From the NCBI GenBank assembly GCA_973895155.1, contig OZ316897.1, forward strand, positions 19,657,224 to 19,721,223: DNA of 64,000 nucleotides, written 5' to 3'. The notes beneath the pieces were generated by a model, which searched no databases, was not told where the DNA came from, and was given only the letters and a program-made list of their open reading frames with translations. Source of the stretch: Marsupella aquatica (taxonomy: Eukaryota; Plantae; Marchantiophyta). Numbering within the stretch: position 1 is the stretch's first letter; each line of letters begins with the position of its first letter. Shown in pieces: positions 1 to 12,587 of this stretch. A program made the position numbers and the translations under genes.

Positions 1-1269
1 AACGCACACCCAATTTAGCCCCCCTTTGAGAAGGATTCGATAATACTTGACGGCCAGGGGGACTTGTACTCTCAGATGAGTCCGAAGACTCAGAGTGCTC
101 ACTCAGACAAGGACCAAATACTTTTTGCTGAATATTTGGTACACTTAGAGCCTTTCCTTTCAACTTACTCATTGGAGTTGGGGGAAGCATCTCCAAGATA
201 GTGGTTTTACTAGGAGCATCTGGAGAAGTAACAGGACAAGGACAATCCGGGAAGGAAACATCATCCGAAATACCATCAGAATAATCGTCTGACTCATAAC
301 AGGCTGCCATTTCAAAAATTGCACAAAACTCACAAGGGAACACCTAGAACACCAAATGAACTCAAACTGAAAAATCGAAATGAGATATAGTCATGAATAC
401 GAAGCCCCTTTTATAGATTTTGGAAATAACTCAAAAACTTAATTAGCAATAAAATAAGAAAAAGGGCCACGCCCTTCATTAGTAATTAGTGACAAGGAAA
501 GAAATCTTTCATGAGAAAATAGTTTATTATTTATCCAAATCTCACAGGTTTACTTATGTTTTCAGGTCTTCTCATAATTTTATTTTTTACTTAAAGCATA
601 TGTTTTCATGCCAAACTCTTAAGATAGTGTATCAGTAATGCATTGGTCATTTTTACCCCATGTTTTCTTTGATGTTTTTGGAGACTACTCAATTGCAACA
701 AAAAATGTCTTCGATGACCTCTGTTTTTAGAGGTTTTTTTGGTTTTTCTTGTATTTCTTTTACCCATGGTATTTGTTATTTTGGGCCCAAATTTTGACTT
801 TTTACTAGATTCTTTCAAAATGATACTTGATTCCCTTTCATGAATTCATGAAGGGTTACGACCTTCCTGGATCCTGAAGTGGAGGTGGCGAAAGCTTCAT
901 GAATTCATGAACCCAAAAATTAGAAAATGCTAAGTTTGAGACAAATTGGACTGTCAGGTGCTTGGAGTGTGGGCGTGCATCTGCAAAGGGCGAACGGAAA
1001 GGAAGCTTGGCGAAGAGCTATGGTGGGCTGATGCTTGGTGCTGTGGAAAGCTCTTCCCTCAGTGATTGGTGTGGTCTGAATAGGAGTTGGGTTGAATCCC
1101 TAAACTGGAACGAAAATCGGGGGCGGACCAACATTTGGTGCAGCTCTGTAATTTCCTGACTGTTGAGGCGCAGATCGGTCGTGGAACAGAGGATTAATTG
1201 TGGAAGGGAGTGGAAGAAATTTGGTTAGGAGGCAGCAAGATCAAAAGCTGTCGTGCAAGTTTGCGCTCG

Positions 1270-1700
1270 GGAAGGGGATTGTCTCAGGCCTGGGGGGAAA
1301 TTGGAAAAATTCGGGGGAGGGGGGAGAAATTCTTGAAGGCCAGGGGAGGGAGGCAAAATTGGCAAAGGCCGGGGGGAGGAAAAATTGTCGAGGCGCAGCC
1401 AGGGGCGCGAGGAAGAAGCGCCGGCCGAGGGGAGGGGAAAAATTGTCAAGGCGCAGCCAGGGGCGCGGGGAAGAAGCGCCAGCCTCGGGGAGGAAAAATT
1501 GGCAAAGGCCTAGGAGAGGAAATAGTGTCGAGGCCGGGGGGAAGAAAAAGTGTCGGGGCGCGAGCGAGGGGGGAAGAAAAATTGTCGAGGCAAGGGGCGC
1601 GAGCGTCAAAGGTTGGGGGAGGGGAAATAGTCGAAGCGCCAGGGGAGGAAGAAATTGGCGAAGGCCGGGGGAGGAGAAACTATCGAAGGGCCAGGGGAGG
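1270..1700. repeat. Degenerate purine/GC-rich tandem repeat (~30-bp unit, GGGGGAGGAAAAATTGTCGAGGC / CCAGGGGCGCGAGG) upstream of the ParB-MTase gene
   Basis: About a dozen imperfect copies of GGARRAAAATTG(T/G)C visible; explains the low-complexity ORFs at 1198-1841. Confidence 0.75.
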
Positions 1701-2017
1701 TCCATTGACGAAGAGACGAGGTCCAAATCGGGGAGTACATTGCAAACGACAGTAAGTGGGGAGGGGTCGATCAGCTCGAGCATCTGCCAGGGAGGTGAAG
1801 GACATAAGCTAAGCCAAAATCAGGGAGAAAAATACCAGTGACACTCTTCTAAGCGGGAACAACCGTCTAGGCTCAGGCGCTGCAAATTCAACTTCCGACT
1901 CACACTGTCAAGGTAAGAACCTTGCTTCATGAAATCATGAACCTGAATTCTGCAACTGAACTTGAAAAACAAACAGAGCTGACTTTGCATTGTTGGACTT
2001 GATTTCAGGAAGTCAGA

Positions 2018-5000
2018 ATGGTTGAACCAAAATCACAGGAGAAGGTGTTAGACGCTATTTTCGTTGAGCATCCATTGACAGATTTTGGAAACTCTTCCTG
2101 GAGAATATCATTGGGTACAGAATCGTGGAAGAAGCCTTTTTTGATGTTGTGCATCTACGAGACCTTGCCTTCTGGAGGTCTTGGTTGGGTGAATTATGGC
2201 CGGATTGATGTCTTTCGACGAGGGGCTGATGTCCTCAATATGCTTATCACAACAAAGGAGACATCTACACTGATTGCAGTTGACAGTGAGAGATTTTCTG
2301 GAAGAGCTGCGCATTGTTACTTGCCTGATGACATTGAGATGATTATTGAGAAGGTGAAGAATCTGTCTGCAGAAGAAAGCTACAATGAGATTGCAGAGCT
2401 CATTGCTGGTTTTGTGTTTGAACATCATGCCAGCACATTGAAGAGTGCAATTCGAAAGTCTAGGGAGATTCTTCGAAAAGCAGCAGAGAAGAGTGCCAGT
2501 GCCCGTCCACCAAAGTCTGGTCCTTCTTCTGCTCCTTCTGGATCTCGTCCGAGTTTTGTCCCAGCAAGAAAGATGGTTGTTACATCTCCAATATCTGGTG
2601 CTGGTTCACAAATTGCAAGATCACAAGAGGGGACAACTGTGACTGGAGGATCAGCACAGGGCACTGCCGGTACTCGGACTTCATCAAAGAAACGTGGACC
2701 AGAGGGTTCTCAAGGTGCAAGACCAAGTCCACCAAAATCCAAGAAGCAGACGTTAGAAAAAGTCCCCACTCATCTGGAGCAGAAGGCTCAATCTATGTCT
2801 ATGGATGCTCGGGTGGTGTACCAGGAAGGGATTTTGATGAGGTGTGGAGTTCAAGAGGAGACAATCACAATTGACATTGCACAACTTCACCCACCTGTTC
2901 GGGAGAAATCTTTGGAGTTGCTAGTGTACCAAGTAAGGCATATCCATCCCTACTTTCTTACATAGTTGACAACAAGGATGAAAGCAGCTGGAGCTAGTCC
3001 ATTGGCAGCACCTTTTGTTCTCTTGGTTGATCCCAAGGAGTGCCCAACTCGAGCTGATTTTGATTTCTCAAAAAAGAATGATTACCACTATTACGTGATT
3101 GGGGGAAATCATTCTGCTTGTGCAAAGGCAGACCTAGCATTACAATTTCCCAACAACAAGTCGTACAGGAGAGTGCAATCTTGGATCTTTGCAGGTCTGT
3201 CTATCCAGGAAGCAAGGAACTTAGCTTGGAGTCATAATATAGACTCTGAATTTCGTCAACAAATGAGCACCATCCAAAGAGTGAATTACATTCACATGCG
3301 ATTTGTAGAGAATGGATCATCATCAAATGTTGATTTCAAGAAGGAGTGTGCCACTGAAATCAATCTAAAGGACTGGGGTGTACGTAAAGATTATGAGGTT
3401 CTGAATGCCAATGATAATTTATTTCAGTTGGCATTTTGTAAGGATCTTGTTTGGTCTTTCATACGGCAGATCTTTGATAGATGGGAGAATTGTGAGATAA
3501 AAGGACAGAAAGGAGATAAGACCAAGAAAAAGATGTCCAAGTCTGGAGATGCTAAAATGCTATGTGAGGATATGAAGTTGACTGAGTGGAGACACATGCA
3601 GGCATTGAAAGATCCGGACATGATCTGTCCAGTGCTACAAAGGGTTTTGGCAAAGGAATTATCTCTTCAAGAGATGGGACAGGAATTTCAACGACACAAA
3701 TTCCAAATGCAAGTTCAAAAAGCATTTCTTACCTGTCTTCACGAAGAGAGTTGGAAGAATTGCAAAACCAAGTACCCAGAACACTGCACTGATAATGTGC
3801 TGAAGAATTTTGTTCCTGTCTTCCAGACTTGGGTAAGTTTATTTGAGATTGACTGAGCATTTGTTTTACAGTTTTATTCTTAAGTACATGTAGGAATCTC
3901 ATGTACCCAATTTTGTTTTCTCAGAAAGACAGCAGCTCCCGAAAAAAGAAGGGAGAGAATGAAGAAAGCAAAGAGTTGAAGTCCTTCCCAGATAAGTTCA
4001 ATGCACATATTGCACAAGCACAGAACTGGTTGGCAATGAAGAAATCTTGCCAAGAGACCCAGGGAAGTGAACTTCATCCTAATGCTTTTGAGCATCCACA
4101 TTTTGGGGATGTGTACTATGATATCTTTACACACGATGCTCAGAGGTTGCACGAGGTAATCCCATCACGAGCTTACACATTGGCTTTGGCAGATATTCCT
4201 TATGGGTTTGGAATGACTGCTTGTCTTCACGAAGACAATGTTGGATGGGGTGTGGAAGAGGTGACCAAGATGGTTCAGTCCTTCAAGGTTGTCACCAAGG
4301 CAAATCTTTGGCGAATTATCATTCATCATAGTATTGACCAGTATGATGTTGTCAAGACTGTCTTGAAAGCTGAGTGTAATGGTGGTTTCCAGAATTGTAT
4401 TTGGTAAGAAACATTTCAAAAGGTGAATATGTTTTTTTGGTGTTCATGATTTCATGATGTTTGATTTTGAAACAAATCCATAATGCAAGTTTTGGTTTTT
4501 GCAGGGTGAAAGACAATGTTAAGAATGCAGGAGGTGCAAGGCTTAACAGCAATTTTGAGTGTTTCACCATTGGCTTTCATAGTCAGGATGGGAAACGGTC
4601 TTTGGAGCATTTCAATTTTAAGACTAATGAGTCTCAAAATAATGTGGTTGTGTGTCCAGCTGTGACCAATAAGTTGAAACACAACGGGGACAATAAGATG
4701 GTGAACTTTTACCAGAAGCCAAGAGTGTTATTGGATTGGGAAGTTACCCACTTTAGCCAGGTTGGAGACTGGGTGCTAGATATTTGTTCAGGGTCAGGCA
4801 CAGGATTGTCTTCCTCTTTGGCACAAGGAAGACATTGTGTTGCTATAGAAATTGATGAGCGCCAGAGTAGTGTCTTGAAAGGGAGAATTCTAAACCTGGT
4901 GGACAACATTGAGGAAGATGATGGCAAAGGCATGGTGGATTTAGATGTTGATGTTCAAGAGACCATTCTACCAATACTAGAGATAGGAGTTGGAGAGGAG

Positions 5001-5063
5001 GAAATCATAGGACTTGACTCTTCAGGAGTTGTTGGAAGTGTTGAGGAAACAAGAGATGATTAG
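2018..5063 (+). pseudogene. Intron-containing ParB/sulfiredoxin-like domain + beta-class N6-adenine/N4-cytosine DNA methyltransferase; one premature stop
   Basis: ParB-like APFVLLVD...YYVIGGNHS; motif IV-like LALADIPYG; CIWVK..NSNFECF; motif X/I YQKPRVLL..FSQVGDWVLDICSGSGT; motif II GRHCVAIEID. GT-AG introns 3833-3924 and 4404-4504 join the ORFs in frame (Trp codon split TG|G). In-frame TAG at 2963-2965. Confidence 0.85.
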
Positions 5064-5499
5064 CTGAGGATATTTCTGTAAGACTTTTTAGGGTTGTTTT
5101 AGTTGCATAGAAGTAGACTTTACTTGCAAGTTTTGAGATGTCAATGGCCTTGGAGCCTAGACTATGATATAAATGATTGTTTTTGACAGGTCAATTCTAT
5201 GAAAATCAAGTTTTGAATATGTTTTGTCTCAAACATTGATGTAAAGTCTAGTTTAAAATGCAAAGGGTGAATGTCAAACAAATATGCTGATTTTATTGCT
5301 TGTTTTAGGACTACATTTCTAAAAATCATAATTTTTTGGAAAAAGGAATTAAGTCCTTAGACCCATCCTTTAAGGCTTCTTGTTATTGGTGGAAAGCAAG
5401 ATTGAGGGGTACCAAAAAAGGATCTCCAATGTCTCCACCAAAAAGGACCTGAGACTCCTTTGAATGCAATAAATAGGCACTAGTACATTTTTGACAACT

Positions 5500-5995
5500 T
5501 TCCGATACTCAAAATGCGACTATTTTGTCATGTCCGAACCCGAGAGAATCGGACGTTGTCCAATACAAATACCTTCGTAATGTCTGATGTGCACCGCATC
5601 GGATTTAGTTAGTCCGATGTGTTCCCTAACGCAACATCGGAATGTTTCCAAAACTAAATAAATCAGACATTTGACCAGAAAAGTATTGTCAAGGGTCCGA
5701 TCTTCAGGTTATCGGATACAATGTGCGTTAGAGACAACATCGGATATTGTCCGATGTTTATTCCAACGGACATGGTTTTCGTAATAGAATACTACGGACA
5801 TAAATTGCGTAAGGTAAAGAATCGGAAACATTTCCGAAGCGGTCAATATCGGACCCCTCTGTTGGAATATTGGACAAGGGGTCCGATGTTTCCAATATTG
5901 GATGTGAGTGTTCCGATAGTTGTGATATCGGACAATTGCTACGATTGAGCCTTTTGTGCTCCGATGCATATCCGATGCAAGTTTCATCGGATAGA
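5500..5995. repeat. CACTA subterminal repeat array (TCCGA/TCGGA in both orientations)
   Basis: Many TCCGAT/ATCGGA motifs directly inside the TIR, typical of En/Spm subterminal binding sites. Confidence 0.75.
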
Positions 5996-6182
5996 CCATT
6001 GGACACTGGTTATCTTGAGGTTCTTAGTTGAGTGGGGTTGAGAAAAAAATTAGAGATACTTTATGGAATATGTTTTATGCAAGAGTGGACATTGAGAAAC
6101 AAATATAGTGCCGAGAAATATATAATGTCGGGAAAATAAACACAAATATGGTAGGGGGCTAGCTATAGTTGCTACTTACTAG

Positions 6183-9100
6183 CTAAGTGGTGGAGGGGAT
6201 GTCATCATCTTCCACTACAACTACGTTGGATCTATCCTGGACTATGGATCGTGATCGAGGGATATATGACATCACAATAGACCAATTTGAGTCATCCGGA
6301 TAAGGTAGGTAAAACATTGCTCAAGGTGATGTGGGAATGCAAACGGATTTGAAGACCTCCAATTTGAGCTGATAACACTTGTCTTCAACCGAGTAAATCC
6401 GCATGCATCATCTTCATATGTACGATTGTGGCCCACAAGATTCATCTTGAACCATTTGCACTTCAATACCACTTCCTCCAAAGTAGTATGTGCATGGTAC
6501 TTCACAGTTAGGATCTCCTCAATCTTTCCATAATGAGCGATAGTGGACCGAATGGGATTCCTGTCCGATGTGCTGCTCTGTGAATCCTGGGTGAACCAAC
6601 CCATGACCCCACAATCTTGTGTAGCTGCCCTCTTCTCATCAAGTCGTTCCACACAAAAGTGTCTTCCCTTGGACCACATGGCAGTCCGAGTTGTGACTAT
6701 AAGTAGTGGACCATGAACAAGGGTACAAAGCTTATCAGTCACCTCTAGATAATGCAATACACTCTACCCTGTACCCACCAAGGCATCCACTTCTAACAAC
6801 TTTGACTTCATGTATGGGTGAAACTTAGGAAATATCCGTGGTCGTCGACTATTTTGCTTCCCCTCCTCATAAAACGATGTCCACTCCCCTACAACCTCTG
6901 GTGAGTTGTACAACATAAATGTTGTGAGTTGCAAACGCTCCGCTGAGCTTAAGAGACGCTCTTTTGATGCCCCAGTGAGTCTATCATCCTCGTAGTTCGC
7001 CTCTCGTGCTGCCTCATCTATCCATCCCCTAGGAGCATTTGGATCTAGTGTGGCAACTATGTTTGTACAATAAAACATACTCTCTGCTCCAAGATGACGC
7101 TCTGCAATGCTACCTTCCACCCTAGCGCGATTAGAGACATACGATTTCATCACTCCCATATAACGCTCTACCCAATACATCCATCGACAATGCACTGGGC
7201 CTGCAATTACAACCTCACGCACTAAATGTATGAGAAAATGAACCTGACCATCAAAAAATGAGGGAGGGAGTGCCTTCTCCAACTTGCACACAACCTCTAC
7301 TCCAAATGTCTCCATTGCAGCAGTTTCATCTTGGCTCCTGTACCTCCTTCTGACATACCCATCTCAAAAGCTTTCCCAATGACCAAAGGGCATCACGAAG
7401 TTCCTCACTACCCAATCCAATAATCGCAACTGGAATGACATGTTCTAGTAACCGATGATAATCATGTGTTTTCAAGTAAGATGGCCATTTTGGAGAATCA
7501 TCCCCCCCAAATGCTTTTCGGAGATTTGCGCCATAACCTGTGGGAAACCTCATTGACCCAATACGTCTGCAAAACTCAGTGCGCTCTGCCCTACTCAAAA
7601 CCCAAGGAGGATGGATGTTGGGGGGGTCACCAGGGGGGTCCAAAGATGGCCAAAAACCAAGAAGACCATGCATCCCCATCTCCTCACAACTTTCTCTCTA
7701 ATTGTGGTTCTTTTCCCCATATAGATGACGAATCAATGATCTGCCCACATTCCCCTCAATGTGCATCGGATCTAACAAGTGATTAATGGGCAACTCTGAC
7801 CAATATGGCAATTGTGACAATGCAGACAAACGGGTCATGCCACATTGGAGAATTTGTAATGGATCATCTAGGTCTTGAACTCTTTCCCATACCTCTCTCC
7901 AATATGTTGGACCCTTTCGCTGAGGTTGAGGACGAGTGTCGGGTTGGCCATCTTCAGTATCATACAAGAAATGATCACTCCTCCAAGGATGGTCTTCTGG
8001 AAGATATTTGGTATGGCCAATGTAAACTATCTTACGCAAAGTACTTGACTTGCGTCTTGCCACACCCTCCAAATCTGGTCCGCACGAAGGGCAAGCTCTA
8101 TAGCCTGATGTTTGCAATCCAGAGATACCCTAAACCCTAAACCCTGCGCTTGATCAATACACAACCAGCCAATGAAAGTAAGTTAAATGATACAAATTAT
8201 AACCAAAAAAATTTAATTAATAAGCATGGTGTAAATAGATAGCAATGGAAATAAGGGTTTAATACCCTACCTGGCAAATCATGCATGGTCCACATAAGAA
8301 TCATGGCCTTCATGGTAAATGTGCGGGATAAACCTCCAATGTTGTCACGTCCGTCATAACAATCCACCCCTCTCCAAAGTTTCAAAAGCTCATCAATCAA
8401 GGGTTGCAAGTAAATGTCAATCTTTTTTACTTGCTTAGGACCAGGGATGATCATTGAGAGTAGTAGATGACCTTTCTTCATGGCCATCCATGGAGGGATA
8501 TTGTAATTTGTGAGAACTACAGGCCATACTTAATATGGCTTAGCTTTACCTGCTAATGCAAAATGACTGATACCATCTGCTGCCAAGCCAAGTCGAACAT
8601 GTCGCGGGTCAGTTTTGAACTCACCCCATCTGCCCTCTACAAATCGATTGGCAAGAGAGTCTACCATCATCCGCATGGTACTAGAGTCTGTACCCATATC
8701 CAAACGATGTTGTGAGTGCCAGACCGTATACTCAGCCAACTCTGCACAACGATATTGATGGCGCAATCGAGGGATGAGAGGAAAGTACCGCATAACCTTT
8801 TGAGGCACCTTCCTCATCAACATGTCATCACGGAACCGCGGCTTCTCACACATAGGACATATAATTGCATTCTCATGCTCACCCCTGAAAAGAATGCAAT
8901 CATTCACACATGCATGTATCACTTCATATTTTAGGCAAATGGACTTCAACACCTGTTTAGCCTCCTTCCAAGAGCTTGGCATGTTGTTGCCTGGTGATAA
9001 AATACGATCATGTAGGGTACAAAAAACATCATCCAAAAGTAGGTTGCTTGCCCCATGTCTTTGTTGCACATTCAACAACAACATTATTGCTAAGAGCCGA

Positions 9101-9413
9101 GATAGCCTACTCCCCTCAAATATGCGAGTACGAGCATGACGTTGAGCCTCTTCCCATTCCTTTTGCTGCCCCCCCTAGAGACATGCGGATGAGTGTTGTT
9201 GTCATCCTGGCTACCCATGTCCTCCATACCAATGTCCGCATCATTGTCATAGAACTGATCCATGAGCTCATCCATGGCCCTCTCCTTGTCAACATGATCT
9301 TCGGTTGGATTGCCCCCCTCATGCTGTACCTCAGTCTCCTCCCCACGATTGGCCACCATGGCCTCAACAAGGTGTTGCCGCATAGCTCGTGATATTACCC
9401 CAATATCAGGCAC
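6183..9413 (-). pseudogene. CACTA TnpD/Tnp2-type transposase (Transposase_21, DUF4218 and DUF4216-like regions), frameshifted
   Basis: Motifs IHACVNDCILF, CPMCEKPRF, MRYFPLIPRL, DPRHVRLGLAADG, IIPGPKQ..IDIYLQPLIDELLKLW, WTMHDLPG, HLLDPMHIEGNV, LKTHDYH, PPSFFD..H..GPVHCRWMYWVER, HYGKIEEI, VLKCKWF; multiple stops and frameshifts. Confidence 0.92.
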
Positions 9414-9857
9414 TACATATTGGTTCTATCATACAACATGCATCCATGTAATGTCATCAACATCAATCTTGCCAACAATCTCATTAATCCAACATTAGAA
9501 ATGGAAAATAAATTTCAGATATATATATGTATATGTAAGCCCAAGAAACTAAGTTGGACGAGAACATAGAGACAATTTTCTCGGGGGGGTCACTTCCACG
9601 GAAGTGACACATCACGTGCGACGAAGTATAGGCCCATTTAAATGGGTGTGGCGGAAGACTTCCAAAGTTTGGTGGAAGAACACATAGGGCATGTTTTATT
9701 GATTGGTCGACTTTAAAGAACACATAGGCCTATTTAATTGCAAAAAATACTTTCTATAAAGTTTTTAGGGGTTTTTTAATAAAAAATGACAAAACTTTAA
9801 GAAAGAAAGGGCTTTGCAAAAAAATATTTTTCACTTTAAAGTTAGGGGGGTCAAACC

Positions 9858-10828
9858 CTAAAACGTCGCACGCGATGTATGACCCTCCATATAGTGACCC
9901 CCCCGAGACAATTTTGGTGCATCCCTGTCATAATCACACAATAACTCATCTCTTGCTCTAATGGTCCTAATGGCCACTGTCATGATGTGGTCATCCATAT
10001 GTTTCACAAAATATGGGTCTCTAGGTGGACCAAACATTTGGATCCACTCTACATTAGCCTCCAAATCTCTACCTCTACCTGTGGTACTATTGATGTATCC
10101 TGCTAAATTTCCATTCCTAACAGGGTCACCGTCAATCATCCGACAATGCCACGGCCTAGTGAACACCTCGTCTGGGTCTGAGTCCATCCTCAATGCATAC
10201 ACCCCCCAACTTGGGTGTTGACGCAACCAAATGTTCCAACTCTTTGTGTTATATACAGCCCCAATATAAGGGAAAAGGTGCTCTCCATCGTAGCCACGTC
10301 TCCATGGCTTTGGAGGGACAACAATGTCATCCAAAGCATATAGACCATATCCTATATCAGCACCAATAGAGGACTCCTTCACTATCCAAGGACGGCCCCA
10401 TATCTCCACAGGTTCATCAATAGGAATGTAATCTGGAAATTTGAAGACACTGGGAGAAAAGTCTTTCAAAACGTCTGCAGCCCTGCCAGTGAGATAGGAT
10501 ACTCCAAATCGGCCCTCAACGCCAATGTAATCTACATTTGTTGGAGGACGATCACTACCTAACACCCCCTCCCGGATGTCTATGTGGTCCACAGGCTCGT
10601 ACTGCCGTCTACATCTATGAGACCGTGCTCGTGTACGTAGGACTCTTGAAGTCCCAACCTCTGGCCGAGATACTGGTTCTCCCTCTACATGCTCATGTAT
10701 GGGGATAGGAGCTGGGGGGCTAAGAGGAGGATGGGCAGGGGGGCTGCAAGCAAGTCTCTAGCCCTTGCTAGGAATCCTTCTAGACACACAGCCTCATCAA
10801 CCGAAGGAGGTGGGGGTCTACGGGGCAC
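9858..10828 (-). pseudogene. SET-domain protein-lysine methyltransferase exon inside the CACTA element (one frameshift near 10740)
   Basis: GYGLYALDDI (motif I), FPYIGAVY, GNLAGYINST (RxxNHS equivalent), ANVEW, AIRTIRARDELLCDY (ELxxDY); AG acceptor at 10829-10830. Confidence 0.8.
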
Positions 10829-10917
10829 CTATTTCACCACACAATAAATTAGTGTTATTTAAATGCAAGCCCAATTGGAGTTTCATGAATGGAATTAAAG
10901 GGGAGACATATATATTA

Positions 10918-11149
10918 CCTGGCTAGGCAAGTACCCTGGTGTATCACCCTCATGACGGCCATAGTTCTCAATGTGCTCACAAGTCTCCCAGGCATGTCGG
11001 ACCACAAGTCCCTTGCATCTCACACACCAGCAAGGTATGGGCCCTAGTGGAGCACAAGAACGCTCAAGAGGAGGGGGTGGAGGAACCTCCCCCTCTGACG
11101 AGCTTGTGTCTGAGTCTGAATCCGACGTGGAACTATCGGATGTAGACAT
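10918..11149 (-). CDS. First coding exon with CACTA transposase-associated Cys/His domain (PCWCVRC...HIENYG)
   Basis: ATG at 11149; CxCxxC...H..G pattern of the transposase-associated domain; donor CAG|GTAAT near 10918. Confidence 0.65.
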
Positions 11150-11994
11150 CTACATATCATACACATCCAACATGTAAGGCGGATTCAACAACTTATCATG
11201 TTTAAAACCACAATTAAAGAGATATATAAACATCAATTGCCCTACCTCAATGATACCCGTGCTTTGCCGTGCCTACTGGGCTGTATTCTCTACACACAAG
11301 GTGTGGGATATCCAAAATCTCTGCAGGGTGGAGATGAATATGGTTACACAAATGTTGCATAAATGCAAAAAAGTACTTGACTGACTTTTGGCACACGATA
11401 TATCAAACTTGCCAAAGCAGACCTCAATGTTCCAATCCAAAATGGATGGATGGGCCAGAGAATTACATCATACCTCATGGATGCGCGGTCTCACACTGTG
11501 CATAGTGCATTGTCCAAGAACAAAACCCTACCTAGCTACCCCCCTCAACCCAAAAAAAACAAACCTAGCTACCCCTCGATCAAAACCTAGGTACTGCACA
11601 TAAAATCCAATCACAACCATTAGTGTAACAAAGGCTTAACATTATCCTCAAAAAATGTCTAACAATATCCTATGTATTAAAACCCTATACCAATAAATCC
11701 CAAAAATCAGTCTATTCATTAAACTGCAAAATTCTTTGATCTTTGGACATTTAGGCACCAAAATATATATATTTGGGCATAAGAATTGTACATTTGGGCA
11801 ATGCGAGTTGTACATTTGGGCACCAGATGTTGTACATTTGGGGGATCAAGATTGTACATAGGAGAAAATGAAATATTAATTTGGATTCTAAAGAAAAACA
11901 TTTGGGTGATAATAATGTAAAATATGTTGGATAAGAAGTAGAACTTACTTATATTGATTCAATTTGACTAATAGAATATAAGTGTCTACTAACT

Positions 11995-12127
11995 TAGCTT
12001 CAATATGATCTCTACCCATATAACTAGTAAAGCTTCAATATGATCTCTACCCATATAACTAGTAAAGCTTCAAATAATATGATCTCTACTCATATAACTA
12101 GTAAAGCTTCAATATGATCTCTACCCT
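11995..12127. repeat. 35-bp tandem repeat, ~3.7 copies (AGCTTCAATATGATCTCTACCCATATAACTAGTAA)
   Basis: Directly visible tandem copies. Confidence 0.85.
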
Positions 12128-12587
12128 TAGCTAGCTAAATTAACCTTCTACTTAGTTACTAATTGAGAGCATTTAATATATTAAATTTGAATGATACCTA
12201 GTTTACTATCCATTTAGACAAGTAATTTGTTACATTCTAAGCAACTCGAGTTGAAACTAAGGTTTACTACAGACTAGACAGTACTAAGAGGCACTCACAT
12301 CCTATCATAGATATTAAGACTTCATGTAATATATAGTCTGTATTGATATTATAAAGGTATCCAAGTCCAATTACCTCCACCTATTCAAACTAGTATCCCA
12401 AAATATTATAATAATTAGTTACTTAAATAGATATACTACTTAGTACTAACCAGTTACAGTAAGTACTAAAGACATGTCTGATTCCAAACTAATTGACATA
12501 GACTCCCTCACTCTGACATGTCTAATTCCAAACTAAATGACATAGACTCCCTCACTCTGACAGAGTGACTACTAAAAAACATTTGAC

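Larger units (their letters stand above)
5478..11705 (-). mobile_element. CACTA (En/Spm) DNA transposon; one terminus seen, other side interrupted at ~11706
   Basis: TIR CACTAGTACAT at 5478, subterminal TCCGA/TCGGA repeats at 5500-5995, TnpD-like transposase fragments on the minus strand. No matching second TIR found. Confidence 0.85.

Noticed and set aside
1198-1841. Gly/Arg-rich ORFs in several frames
   Set aside because: By-products of a purine-rich tandem repeat; open in multiple frames with no recognisable domain.
2018-5063. Bacterial or phage contamination as the source of the methyltransferase
   Set aside because: In-frame GT-AG introns and contiguity with plant transposons.
2018-5477. 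Methyltransferase gene as cargo of the adjacent CACTA element
   Set aside because: It lies outside the CACTA TIR at 5478, whose subterminal repeats face right.
8127-8144. Telomere-like CCCTAAA repeats (also near 36748 and 56500)
   Set aside because: Only 2-3 units; consistent with common telo-box motifs, not a telomere.
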